Assembly: GCA_040776945.1 (NCBI GenBank)
Contig: JAXGZN010000001.1
Coordinates: forward strand, 672,001-736,000
DNA length: 64,000 nucleotides
Source of the DNA: Methanomassiliicoccaceae archaeon
GTDB lineage: Archaea > Thermoplasmatota > Thermoplasmata > Methanomassiliicoccales > Methanomassiliicoccaceae
Reading direction: 5' to 3'
In this document: piece after piece, positions 19,220 to 28,985 of the stretch
How the letters are laid out: every line of letters begins with the position of its first letter
Numbering within the stretch: the first letter of the stretch is position 1
Translations under genes and position numbers: made by a program
The notes under the pieces: model-generated
What the model was told of the DNA's origin: nothing
What the model saw: the letters and a program-made list of their open reading frames with translations, nothing else
The model's database searches: none

Positions 19220-19349
19220 ACGTGGGCGGTGGAGTTCTTCGAGGGGACCATTTTTAAGCTTCATGCCGACTTTCATCGATGAATTCAGAGTCCAGACATT
19301 TGGTGAAAGGGCGAGCAAATCATTTTAGCCGTCCTGGGTCTTCCTAAGG

Positions 19350-20501
19350 ATGTCCATGAAGCGCACTCCATTGTACGACGCCCATGTCGAATTAGGCGCC
19401 CGGATGGTCGAGTTCGGCGGCTGGGAGATGCCGGTCCAGTACACCAGTATCCTGGAGGAGCACCGAGCGGTCAGGGAGCGAGCGGGAATGTTCGACGTCT
19501 CCCACATGGGCGACCTGATCATCCGCGGGGCGGGAGCGGAGGACTCGCTTCGAGAGCTCCTTACCAACGACATCAAGGACCTCGCTCTGAGTAAGGGCAT
19601 CTACGCCCACATGCTGAACGAGGAAGGGAAGATCATGGACGACACCTTCACCTTCCGCGCAGGTTCTGACACCTACCTCCTGGTCCCGAACGCCTCGCAT
19701 GCCCAGCAGATCCATGAGTGGGTCCGCGACCACGTTCGAGGAGCGATCGTCACCAATGTCTCGGAGCGCGTGGCGGCCATCGCCCTGCAGGGGCCGAGAG
19801 CGCAGGAGGTGCTGCAGCGCCTCACCGACAAGGACCTGAAGAGCGTGAAGAGGCTATACAGCGATATCGTCAACCTCAAGGTCTCGTCGCCGAGCGGACC
19901 CGAGCGCTTCCTTCCCGATGTTCTAAACTTCCCCGCGCCCCTGCCCGGCACCACGCAGAGCTACGTCACCCGCACTGGCTACACCGGCGAGGATGGGTTC
20001 GAGATCCTCGTGGAGCGCGGAGCGGCGGTCGCGGTGTGGAACGCGCTGCTCGCCGCGGGCAAGGACCTCGGGCTCATGCCCTGCGGACTAGGGGCCAGGG
20101 ACCTCCTCCGCCTGGAGATGGGGTACCTGCTCTCGGGCACCGACTTCGACGGCACACAGAGCACCCTGGAGACCGGGCCTGCTTGGGCGATCAAGTGGGA
20201 CCATGCGTTCATCGGCCGGGAAGCGATGATGAAGCAGAAGGAGCGCGGCGGATATCGCAAGCTTGTTGGGCTCGAGCTCCAGAACAGGGGCATCCCCCGG
20301 CATGGCTATCCCGTCGTCGTCGGCAACCGTGAGGTCGGCATGGTGACCTCCGGTACTCTGTCACCCATCTTGCAGAAGGGCATTGCCCTCGCGTACGTGG
20401 ACGCGGAGCTCACCAAGGAGAACACCGAGCTCGCGGTGAGGATCAGGGACAATTATGTCCGTGCCATCGTGGTCAAACCGCCGTTCATCAGGAAGGGGTG
20501 A
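19350..20501 (+). CDS. gcvT: Glycine cleavage system aminomethyltransferase T
   Basis: KRTPLYDAH, FGGWEMPVQY, GMFDVSHMG, TRTGYTGEDGFE, GLGARDLLRLE. Confidence 0.93.
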   Translation: MSMKRTPLYDAHVELGARMVEFGGWEMPVQYTSILEEHRAVRERAGMFDVSHMGDLIIRGAGAEDSLRELLTNDIKDLALSKGIYAHMLNEEGKIMDDTFTFRAGSDTYLLVPNASHAQQIHEWVRDHVRGAIVTNVSERVAAIALQGPRAQEVLQRLTDKDLKSVKRLYSDIVNLKVSSPSGPERFLPDVLNFPAPLPGTTQSYVTRTGYTGEDGFEILVERGAAVAVWNALLAAGKDLGLMPCGLGARDLLRLEMGYLLSGTDFDGTQSTLETGPAWAIKWDHAFIGREAMMKQKERGGYRKLVGLELQNRGIPRHGYPVVVGNREVGMVTSGTLSPILQKGIALAYVDAELTKENTELAVRIRDNYVRAIVVKPPFIRKG

Positions 20502-20504
20502 GGG

Positions 20505-21560
20505 ATGAGGACCAAGGTCGTGGACACGCTGCAGGACCTGCTGGCCATGGACAGCGACCTGCACGCGGACATGAGCACCATCCTCAGGTTCACCCGCCGC
20601 AGACTGGAGTCCGCAGGAATGCGCGTCCGCCAGGTCGGGCCTCAGCGCTACCCGGCGCTCATCGCCACCTACGGCAAGAACGGCATGCTGTTCTCCGGGC
20701 ACCTGGACACGGTGCCGGTGGGCGACAACTGGACGATGTTCCAGGGGGAGGAGGACGGCAACCGCATCTACGGCCGCGGCACCTGCGACATGAAGGGCGC
20801 GTGCGCCGCCATGATCGAGGCCGCCGGCGAACTGGTGGACGACGACGTCCCGTTCAGCATCTGCCTCACCACCGACGAGGAGGAGCAGATGGAAGGCGTA
20901 GACGCCATCGTGAAGGAGGACATCGTGCGCAAGGCCAAGGGCGTCCTGATCATGGAGCCGACCGAGCTGGCGCCGGCGTACCGCGAGAAGGGTGTCTTCC
21001 GCTTCCGCCTGACGACACGAGGGCGCGCCGCGCACGCCAGCCAGCCGTGGCTGGGAGACGACGCGATACTCAAGATGCACTATTGCCTCGATCGGCTTCT
21101 CGACCTGGCGGAGATGTCCTCTCAGCGCTCAACGGGCATGACCGTCTGCTTCTCTACCATCCGGGGGGGCAACAAGAACAACGTGGTCTCGGACCACTGC
21201 AGCGTGGAGGTCGACATCCGGCATCCGTCCACGCAGACCGCCAATGACATCGAGGACATCATCGCGAACCGCCTGCGAGGCGAGGTGTACGAGATGGACA
21301 TCGAGTACACCCTGGGGGCGTTCGAGTCCGACCCGGATTCGGAGATCAGCCGGGAGCTGTCTAACTTTTTGGGCACCGATCCCATCGTCGTGCCCTACGC
21401 CACCGAGGCGCCGAAGTACGCGGCGGTGAACCCGCATGTGTACATCTGCGGGCCCGGCGACCCCCGCCTGGCGCACACCGTCGACGAGTACGTCGAGATA
21501 CAAGAGCTGGAGGAGGCGCACGACATGATCGTGCACCTGGCCAAGTACGTTCAGGGGTAG
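20505..21560 (+). CDS. M20 metallopeptidase (ArgE/DapE-like)
   Basis: SGHLDTVP, GRGTCDMKG, DEE, AHTVDEYV. Confidence 0.88.
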   Translation: MRTKVVDTLQDLLAMDSDLHADMSTILRFTRRRLESAGMRVRQVGPQRYPALIATYGKNGMLFSGHLDTVPVGDNWTMFQGEEDGNRIYGRGTCDMKGACAAMIEAAGELVDDDVPFSICLTTDEEEQMEGVDAIVKEDIVRKAKGVLIMEPTELAPAYREKGVFRFRLTTRGRAAHASQPWLGDDAILKMHYCLDRLLDLAEMSSQRSTGMTVCFSTIRGGNKNNVVSDHCSVEVDIRHPSTQTANDIEDIIANRLRGEVYEMDIEYTLGAFESDPDSEISRELSNFLGTDPIVVPYATEAPKYAAVNPHVYICGPGDPRLAHTVDEYVEIQELEEAHDMIVHLAKYVQG

Positions 21561-22843
21561 ACTCTGGAAACCGTCCGGGGGAACGGCACCGCGTCGCGGA
21601 TGTGCTCCAGCCCGCAGATGAACTTGACCACCCTCTCGATGCCGAGCCCGAACCCGGAGTGCGGCACCGAGCCGAAGCGGCGGAGATCGATGTACCACTG
21701 GTACGGCTCCATGCAGATGTCCTGCTCCCGCATCCTGGCGACCAGCTTGTCAAGGTCGGTCTCCCTCTCCGAGCCGCCGATGATCTCGCCAAAGCCGCCC
21801 GGAGCGAGGAGATCAGCGCAGGCGTAGGTGCGCGGGTCCTCGGGGTCCTCTTTCATGTAGAAGGCCTTGCACTCCTTAGGATAGTTCGTCACGAACACCG
21901 GAACGGTCTCCTCGGCGGTGAGCGCTCTTTCTTCGGGAGCGCCGAGGTCGCAGCCCCAGCCGATGTCGTAGCCCTGACCGCGCAGCTTATCCATTGCCTG
22001 GACGTAGGTCATGCGCTTGAACGGGGGGACGATCGCCTTCAGCGGCTCAATGTCCTTGCGCATCAGCGACAGTTCGTCGGCGGCGTTCTTGAGGACGGCC
22101 TCGACCATCGCTGTCACCATCTGCTCCTGGATCTCCATGTTGCCCCTGTTGTCCACCCACGCCTCCTCCAGCTCGAGGTGCCAATACTCGGTGAGATGCC
22201 TGGTGGTCCGCGATTTCTCGGCCCGGAAGGACGGGGTGATGGAATACACTCGGTCCAGCGAGAAGATCAGCGCCTCCAGGTACATCTGGGCGCTCTGGCT
22301 CAGGTAGGCGTCGCGGTCGAAGTACTTCAGTTTGAACAGCGTGGTCCCGCCCTCGCAGGCGTTCGTCGTCAGGATCGGCGGCGTCACCTCGGTGAAGTCA
22401 TTCTCCCTCAGCCAGTCCCTCGCGCCGGCCATAGCTGCGGCCTTGATGCGCATGACCGCCGTCTGCTCGCGGGAACGGATCCACAGGTGGCGGTTGTCGA
22501 GCAGCAGCTCCTCGCTCTGGTACTCGGTTATTGGGAAAGTGTCCGCCGGTCCCACCACGGTGAACGAGGACGCGCGAAGTTCCTTGCCCCCGGGGGCGCG
22601 CTTGTCGTCGAACAGCTTGCCTCTCACCTTGACCGACGATTCCACGGTCGCATCGTGCGCCGCCTCGAACTCCGTCTCCGGCAGGTTGCCCTTCTTCACC
22701 GTGACCTGGATGATGCCGGTGTGGTCCCGGAGGACGAGGAAAACGATCGCACCGCTGGACCGGGCCCGGTAGATCCATCCTCTTGCCTCGACCTCAGCGT
22801 CGGCAGGGGCGCTGAAAAGCCGCTTCACTGGAAGATAGGACAT
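21551..22843 (-). CDS. asnS: Asparagine--tRNA ligase
   Basis: LLDNRHLWIR, CEGGTTLF, YLSQSAQ, FRAEKSRT, GEIIGGSERE, PHSGFGLGIER. Confidence 0.93.
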   Translation of the reverse strand: MSYLPVKRLFSAPADAEVEARGWIYRARSSGAIVFLVLRDHTGIIQVTVKKGNLPETEFEAAHDATVESSVKVRGKLFDDKRAPGGKELRASSFTVVGPADTFPITEYQSEELLLDNRHLWIRSREQTAVMRIKAAAMAGARDWLRENDFTEVTPPILTTNACEGGTTLFKLKYFDRDAYLSQSAQMYLEALIFSLDRVYSITPSFRAEKSRTTRHLTEYWHLELEEAWVDNRGNMEIQEQMVTAMVEAVLKNAADELSLMRKDIEPLKAIVPPFKRMTYVQAMDKLRGQGYDIGWGCDLGAPEERALTAEETVPVFVTNYPKECKAFYMKEDPEDPRTYACADLLAPGGFGEIIGGSERETDLDKLVARMREQDICMEPYQWYIDLRRFGSVPHSGFGLGIERVVKFICGLEHIRDAVPFPRTVSRVYP

Positions 22844-22993
22844 CGGCCGTCCATCAGCGTTCAACTATCAAATCGTTTCGCCCCGCCAGTCGCTGGCATG
22901 GAGCTTGCATTATTGCCTCGCCAGGAGTAGGCCGTTCTGTGGGAGAGCAGAGGCAGCCCGATATCGTTCTGGGAGGGAACGGGATAGCAGTTC

Positions 22994-23503
22994 ATGATGT
23001 TGGTCAAGGTGCACGTTCAGGCCGGAGAAGAGCATTTATCCGGGTCTGGCCATCGGAGCAGCGTGAGGATACGGTCGGCCGGCATCGAGGAGCTGCCGGA
23101 GGTGCAGAACATCGAGAACTCCTGCTTCCAGGAGGAGCGCTACTCCACCGAGGTGCTCGCCGCCATGCTCGAAGAGGAGGGCTTCGAGACGTTCCTGGCC
23201 GAGGAGGACGGCGAGATCATGGGCTCCGCCACCGTGAACTATCGAGATGACCTTATCGCCGCGCAGCTGGTCTCCATCGCCGTGCTGCCTCAGCATCGCG
23301 GAAGGGGCGTGGCTAAGGCCTTGCTCTCCGAGGCGGAGGCCCGAGTAGTGCGAAGGGGCGCCGACATAATGGTCCTGCAGGCAGGAGTGACCAACATCGC
23401 CGCGCTGACCCTTTACCTGTGCTATGGGTACGTGCTCCGGGGCGTGATAGGCGATTACTATGGCCCCGGCCGGGATGCGTATTTCATGGACAAGATGCTC
23501 TAA
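22994..23503 (+). CDS. GNAT acetyltransferase (RimI-like); start uncertain
   Basis: SIAVLPQHRGRGVA, N..ALxLY, DYYGPGRDA. Confidence 0.85.
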   Translation: MMLVKVHVQAGEEHLSGSGHRSSVRIRSAGIEELPEVQNIENSCFQEERYSTEVLAAMLEEEGFETFLAEEDGEIMGSATVNYRDDLIAAQLVSIAVLPQHRGRGVAKALLSEAEARVVRRGADIMVLQAGVTNIAALTLYLCYGYVLRGVIGDYYGPGRDAYFMDKML

Positions 23504-23623
23504 TCGCAACCGGCGAGCTTCAAGCGTCCTACCAGTCCAGCGCGCTCGAGGAAAATCAATATATAGACATCGTAGTATTCGCCGTGCTGTCATCCCTTGT
23601 GGATGTTGGCCGGGTGAAGGAAG

Positions 23624-23791
23624 ATGGAAGAGACCCTATGTAATGTTGAATTCATCAAGGACAACAACGACTATATCGCAAGAGTTCAGAGCGAGATAGG
23701 CGGGGTGAGAGAGTACCGCAGCTCCTCCCTGGAAGAGGTGCTTGAGCAGGTCATCATCGATCTCCAAGAAGAGTTCGAGACCGCTGGATAA
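23624..23791 (+). CDS. Small acidic hypothetical protein (55 aa), not in the ORF track
   Basis: MEETLCNVEFIKDNNDYIARVQSEIGGVREYRSSSLEEVLEQVIIDLQEEFETAG; RBS GGGTGA. Confidence 0.7.
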   Translation: MEETLCNVEFIKDNNDYIARVQSEIGGVREYRSSSLEEVLEQVIIDLQEEFETAG

Positions 23792-23877
23792 GGCCGTTTC
23801 GGCCCCTTGTGAATAGAGCCGTTGCTATTCATAGGGCATATCTTCCTATACATCCTATAGTGTCAGGAGGTCATCCT

Positions 23878-24225
23878 ATGCATAACCGGGAAAAGTCCGA
23901 ATATGATTCGGTGATATCGAACTACTTTGGGGACGAGCAGGTCACCGCGCTGATCAACCTCAAAGTGGAGACCAAGGACGCCGACATCATCGCTGAGGCC
24001 ATTGCGGAACAGGACGCGGTCGATGACGTGTACCTGGTGACGGGAGACACAGATATCGTGGCGGCCGTCAAGTTCGATACCTATGGTCAGCTGAAGCGTT
24101 TCCTAATGGACACCGTGACCAGCATTCCAGGGGTGAAGGAGAGCAAGACCTTCATGGTGGTAACCACCTTCAAGAAGGGTGGCGAGCTCAGGTACGAGCG
24201 GACCGAAGGTCCGGAAAGCAAGTGA
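23878..24225 (+). CDS. Lrp/AsnC ligand-binding domain protein
   Basis: VYLVTGDTDIVA...IPGVKESKT. Confidence 0.85.
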   Translation: MHNREKSEYDSVISNYFGDEQVTALINLKVETKDADIIAEAIAEQDAVDDVYLVTGDTDIVAAVKFDTYGQLKRFLMDTVTSIPGVKESKTFMVVTTFKKGGELRYERTEGPESK

Positions 24226-24263
24226 TGAGGAGCAATCCTCCCCGCTCGACGGGGGTGAGACCA

Positions 24264-24518
24264 ATGGTAGACAACGTGAAACTCAAGCAGATAATGGACG
24301 TGTTGGACCAGTTGGCAGAGGACACCTCGGTGCCTCGCAACATACGACGCGGCGCTACCGACGCCAAGGGGCGGCTGCAGCAGACCAACGAGGCCATGGA
24401 CGTCAGGGCGGCCAGTGCCGTTCACATATTGGACGAGCTGGCCAACGACCCCAACATTCCCCTCCACGGAAGGACGCTGATCTGGAACATCATCAGCCAG
24501 CTAGAGACGGTCAAGTGA
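24264..24518 (+). CDS. UPF0147 family protein
   Basis: DTSVPRNIRR...NDPNIPLHGRTLIW. Confidence 0.9.
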   Translation: MVDNVKLKQIMDVLDQLAEDTSVPRNIRRGATDAKGRLQQTNEAMDVRAASAVHILDELANDPNIPLHGRTLIWNIISQLETVK

Positions 24519-24565
24519 GCCGCCTCAAAACCTTTTAATCAATCGTTCACAATCAGCCTCGACAG

Positions 24566-24637
24566 GCGGGCGTAGTCTAGTGGTTAGGACTTAAGCTTCC
24601 CAAGCTTGAAGCCCGGGTTCGAATCCCGGCGCCCGCA
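24566..24637 (+). tRNA. tRNA-Gly (CCC)
   Basis: Acceptor stem GCGGGCG/CGCCCGC, anticodon loop TTCCCAA, T-arm GGGTTCGAATCCC, upstream TATA-like ttttaat. Confidence 0.95.
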
Positions 24638-24950
24638 CACCTTATTAACATTCTCTGACTCTGCTGCAAAGCTCATCCAGTATGTTCGAGCGGATATTTT
24701 TATCCGCAATGGTAGCGAGGCGACCATGATGGCGACCAGATATGCCTGGATACGAGACTGCCATGGACCTTGGCCTATCGATCCGGACAATGAAATAGAC
24801 CGACCGAGTGAACATGATATCTAATTGTTGAACTATCTGGCCAACCTACATTTCCCTTGGAACGCAAATTTTGCAACGGTGCCCGAAACTATCCCTCCTC
24901 GTTCATAATTTAAGGATAACTGAGAAAAAACCCTACAGCCTTTCAGGGCC

Positions 24951-25820
24951 GTGGACCGAAGTGCCAGGACCCTATCGCTCGTCGTGATACTCTCGATCGT
25001 TCTGCCTCTCATCTTCGTCGCTTCCATGTCGGCCAGCGGAGCGGGGTCGGCGGACCTTGCAACGCAAGGGCTGATCCTCGCGATGACACTGCCCCTTCTG
25101 TCCCTATCGGTCTACATGTGGATCACCGGAAAGGGCGCCATGCTGATCGCCGGGCACAATACCTCACCCCGGGCCGTCAGGGACCTGTACGACTCCAGGG
25201 CCATGGCGAAGTTCGTCGGAAAGCTGGTAACGGCGTTCCTCATCCTCCTGCTGATAGGCCTGGAGTCCCTGATCCTTGGCCTGGGGTCCCTGTTCGCGCT
25301 CCTTCTCGCCGCTGCCATTGTCCTCATGGTCGCCAGCATCGTGTACATGAACACCGGCCGCAGGTTCCTCAAGGAGGGCGCGGACCCCTCCAAGGTCGTG
25401 ATGACGCCCGCGGACAAGAAGCGCAAGAGGATGGTCACGCTCGCTGCCCTGGGCGTTACCGGGGCCGTCCTGGCGATCGCGTTCTTCCTCAGCACCACGG
25501 GGAGCGTGAGCTTTTCGCTGGAGGACGATGCCTTTGTGGTCACCGCCCCATTCGTCGACGAGCGCATCCTCTTTGTTAACATCTCCGAGGTGGAGCTCCG
25601 GGAAAGCTTCGACAACGGCCGCCGGGTCAACGGGTTCGGAGGGACGGAGATAAGCAGCGGCAACTTCCAAAACGACGAGCTCGGACGCTACACCCTGGCG
25701 AGGTACAATGAAGTCGCGAGCTGCATCGTCGTGCGTTATGACGGAGAGGTGCTGGTCTTCAACCTGGCCACGGCCGAGGACACGGCCAGCGCCTATGAGC
25801 AGCTTGTGTCCAGAGCATGA
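24951..25820 (+). CDS. Membrane protein (DUF3784-like N-terminus, PH-like C-terminus)
   Basis: LIAGHNT...LYD; multiple TM; RVNGFGG...GNFQNDELGRYTL. Confidence 0.7.
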   Translation: MDRSARTLSLVVILSIVLPLIFVASMSASGAGSADLATQGLILAMTLPLLSLSVYMWITGKGAMLIAGHNTSPRAVRDLYDSRAMAKFVGKLVTAFLILLLIGLESLILGLGSLFALLLAAAIVLMVASIVYMNTGRRFLKEGADPSKVVMTPADKKRKRMVTLAALGVTGAVLAIAFFLSTTGSVSFSLEDDAFVVTAPFVDERILFVNISEVELRESFDNGRRVNGFGGTEISSGNFQNDELGRYTLARYNEVASCIVVRYDGEVLVFNLATAEDTASAYEQLVSRA

Positions 25821-25853
25821 AGGGCGCAGCAACCAGGACCGCCTCTTCAGCGC

Positions 25854-26846
25854 CTACTTGTCCCGGCCCGCCGCTATTCTGCACGTCGGCGAGTCCTCCG
25901 CGGCCCCAGCCGGCAGCGACTCCGCCTCGATGTACACCCTGTTCGTCTCGGAGTAAGCGCTCTTGAGGTCCGCCTCGATGCGGCGAATGGCCTGGTGCAT
26001 CTGCTCGGCCGTTGTCCCGGCGGTGAAGCACACGCCCATGTTCACCAGCAGGTCGTGGGGGCCCATGTACATGGTGAGTATGTCCCCGGCCCGCTCCACC
26101 GCGGGGTCCGCCTCCACCCTGCGGCGGATGTCCGCTAGCTCCTCGCGGCTGACGCCCTCGCCCACCAGCAGCCCCATGGTCCTCCTGATCAGGAACGCCG
26201 CCACGCTCATCAGCAGTAGGCCGATGGCGATGGACGCTATGCCGTCGAGGTGTGGGTTGTTGAGCAGATGCCCCAGGAATATGCCAAGGAAGGCGAAGAC
26301 CAGGCCGAGCAGGGCGGCACCGTCCTCCAGCACCACGGCGTACAGGCTGGGGTCCTTGGAGCCTTTCATGAACTGCACCGGGCTTGAACCGCCCCGGGCG
26401 GCACGGAACTGCCTGACCGCTACGGTAAAGGACGAGCCCTCGATCAGCATCGCCAGCGCGAGGACGATATACGCTGCCGTGGGGTCTCCCATCGCCACAT
26501 TCGGTGCGACGTGCCTTATGTGGGCTATGCCCTCGTAGACGGACATGCCGCCGCCAATACCGAAGATGGATATCGCGACGATGTTGGTGTAGAAGTACAA
26601 CGACTTGCCGTGGCCGAAGGGATGAGCCTCGTCAGCGGGCTGGGCGGCCTTCTTCAATCCGACCAGGAGCAGGAGGCCGTTGCCGGTGTCCACGAGCGAG
26701 TGTATGCCCTCCGAGACCATGGCCGACGAGCCGCTGATGGCCGCCGCCACGAACTTGATGATCGCGATCACCAGGTTGCCGATGACCGCCGCCACAACCG
26801 CTATCTTGGACTCGCCCTGGGCTGACAGATCGCTTTCCTGCTCCAT
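25854..26846 (-). CDS. Cation diffusion facilitator transporter
   Basis: SEGIHSLVD, HPFGHGK, LEDGAAL. Confidence 0.9.
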   Translation of the reverse strand: MEQESDLSAQGESKIAVVAAVIGNLVIAIIKFVAAAISGSSAMVSEGIHSLVDTGNGLLLLVGLKKAAQPADEAHPFGHGKSLYFYTNIVAISIFGIGGGMSVYEGIAHIRHVAPNVAMGDPTAAYIVLALAMLIEGSSFTVAVRQFRAARGGSSPVQFMKGSKDPSLYAVVLEDGAALLGLVFAFLGIFLGHLLNNPHLDGIASIAIGLLLMSVAAFLIRRTMGLLVGEGVSREELADIRRRVEADPAVERAGDILTMYMGPHDLLVNMGVCFTAGTTAEQMHQAIRRIEADLKSAYSETNRVYIEAESLPAGAAEDSPTCRIAAGRDK

Positions 26847-27045
26847 AGGAGCGAGGATGCAGATGCCTGGATGGTATTTCAACATTGAGCTGTCCGCGCC
26901 CGCACCCTTTCCGTCCAGGGGAGCGCTCGCGCCGGTCGCCTCCTCGCTGACCGGACGAGCGTCCGGAGGGTCCGTCCGTTCCGTCTCCGAAGTAACGGGC
27001 TGATGATTAAATAGCTGACATTAAAATCCCCCACGGGGAAGCCAG

Positions 27046-27670
27046 ATGCTCTGCACGAACTGCAACGCCCTGATCAGCGAAGGATCTTCCTTCTGCCCCC
27101 GATGCGGGAAGCCTGTGGTCACAGGCAACGGCGGGCAGCAGAAGGAGACGCCGACAGAACCGACCTCCATGGACCTGCCGCCGCGCCTCAATCAAGGAGT
27201 CCGGCCTGTTCAACAAGTCGTACTCGGCGATCGAGACCATCGCCCTGGAGGACCTCACCGGGGTGACCACGAAGAGGGGATTGTTCTCTTCGGCGCTGAT
27301 CATCAGCCACGAGCGCGGTGAGACCAAGATCGTGAACCTTTACAGCGTCGATCCCGCCGGAGATCCCCACGGCAAGGCAGTGGCCCCCGAGCTGGTGCAA
27401 CACCTGCTGAACAATGCCGCCCGCGGCAGGCTCGAGGATCTAGAGCGGGAGAAGCAGATGAGCCGGGTCCAGTACGTTCTCGACTTCTCCTTCCTGAGGT
27501 CGGAGATGGAGAAGGGCGGAATAGTGGTGCAGACCATCAAGTGCCCGGCGTGCGGAGCGGGGATGGCGCTCCCGCCCTCTGGCAATAATGCCAGGTGCCC
27601 CTACTGCGGGAGCATGGTCCAAGCCCAGGACATATTCGAGAAGATGAAAGGGCTGATAGGAGCGCTCTGA
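27046..27670 (+). pseudogene. Zinc-ribbon protein split by a frameshift or deletion near 27160
   Basis: N-terminal CxxC...CPxCG in one frame; C-terminal CPACG...CPYCG in another frame that is open back to ~27170. Confidence 0.55.
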
Positions 27671-27846
27671 ACCCGCTCCTGACGCGGCCTCGACCGCCCG
27701 ACGTCTGAAGCGTAGCCTGCAATCGCCCGATGATCATTTCCAGGCATGGCCAGCGGTCCGCTGTTATCAGGAACCGCCTCCGGACCGTCCTGTATTTTAT
27801 ATCCAATCATCAATTTTATAGCCCGAACCTACCTGGAGGCACCTGA

Positions 27847-28281
27847 TTGGCCAAGAGCAAGATGGATCTGGAGACGTTGCTGGGCTACTCCTTCAACGAG
27901 CCTGAGCTGATGGAGCGGGCCGTGGCTCGCGAGGGAACTGGTAAACGCGCCAAGGCGTCGGGCGCGAAGGACCCTGGCCTCAGAGTGCTCGGCGAGGCAG
28001 CTATCTGCTTCGCGGTGGTGAACCACTTCTACTCCCAGGGCATGAGCCCGAGCCAGATCGATGAAGAACGTGCGGCCAGGGTATGCCGGGAGAACTACGC
28101 CCGCGTTGCCGAGGAGATCGGTCTGGGGGATTGCCTCATACCCTCCGGCCCGCCGCGGGGAAGCTCTCTGGGAGAGAGGTTCGAACAGGTTATGGGCGCG
28201 GTGTACCTGGACGATGTCAACGCCGGCGGCACGGGGATCGGCGCCTGCTGGGAGGTCCTCCGGAAGATCAATTTGATCTGA
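27847..28281 (+). CDS. RNase III-like domain protein, degenerate signature
   Basis: LETLLGYSFNEPELMERA, LRVLGEAAI, FEQVMGAVYLD. Confidence 0.65.
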   Translation: MAKSKMDLETLLGYSFNEPELMERAVAREGTGKRAKASGAKDPGLRVLGEAAICFAVVNHFYSQGMSPSQIDEERAARVCRENYARVAEEIGLGDCLIPSGPPRGSSLGERFEQVMGAVYLDDVNAGGTGIGACWEVLRKINLI

Positions 28282-28527
28282 GCGGGCACGCCGCCACAGC
28301 ACCTCCCCCGCAGGGCGGCGGCCATCCGGGTCTGGCCAGCTTCAAGTACCGGCGGCCCCCAGGCGTCATGCCGGTCATAACATGGTCGACATCGGCGAGC
28401 TGATCGATCTGGTCGATAATGAGACGCTCCTCACCCTAGGTCAGAAAGCGCCCCCCTAGGCGGCCCGCCTGCCCTGGCGCGAAAAGGTCATTTGGCCCCT
28501 CCTTTCAAACCACCGTCGAGGCGAGCG

Positions 28528-28905
28528 ATGAGCCACACGGTCATACATTTCGAGATACCGGCGGACGACCCGAAGAGGATGAGGACGTTCTACGAGAGCT
28601 TGTTCGGCTGGAGGTTCTTCGATATCCCGGAGATGGGGTACACCACCATCCACACGGTCGATACCGACGATGATGGCATGCTGCGGGAGCCGGGGATTAA
28701 CGGCGGCATGTACAAGAGGACCGAGAGCGCCCAGGTGCCGCTGAACTACATCAGCGTGGAGGATGTGGACGATCTCATCGCCCGCGCGGTGAGCGGCGGC
28801 GGGAAGGTGCGCGCACCGAAGATGCGCGTTCCCAATGTGGGGGACATCGCGGTGATCGAGGACCCTGAGGGGAGCCCCCTGGGCATCATCCGTCCGGAGA
28901 TGTAG
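28528..28905 (+). CDS. VOC/glyoxalase family protein
   Basis: HFEIPADD...FYESLFGW...EDPEG. Confidence 0.88.
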   Translation: MSHTVIHFEIPADDPKRMRTFYESLFGWRFFDIPEMGYTTIHTVDTDDDGMLREPGINGGMYKRTESAQVPLNYISVEDVDDLIARAVSGGGKVRAPKMRVPNVGDIAVIEDPEGSPLGIIRPEM

Positions 28906-28985
28906 GCGCGCAGAGGCTTGCCGCCTCGGCCGCGCCGGCCGATGGATGAAAAGGCACATTACCCCTATGCTCCCAGTCATGGGGC

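Noticed and set aside
13411-19239. 34-bp repeats as a CRISPR array or DGR template/variable repeat pair
   Set aside because: Spacing is over 1 kb and within coding sequence; there are no cas or reverse transcriptase genes, and mismatches are not adenine-specific.
28382-28459. Tiny ORF MVDIGELIDLVDNETLLTLGQKAPP
   Set aside because: Too short and has no RBS; possibly a gene remnant but unsupported.
24638-28480. Integrated island at tRNA-Gly
   Set aside because: No integrase and no duplicated tRNA 3' end seen, although the region looks variable.
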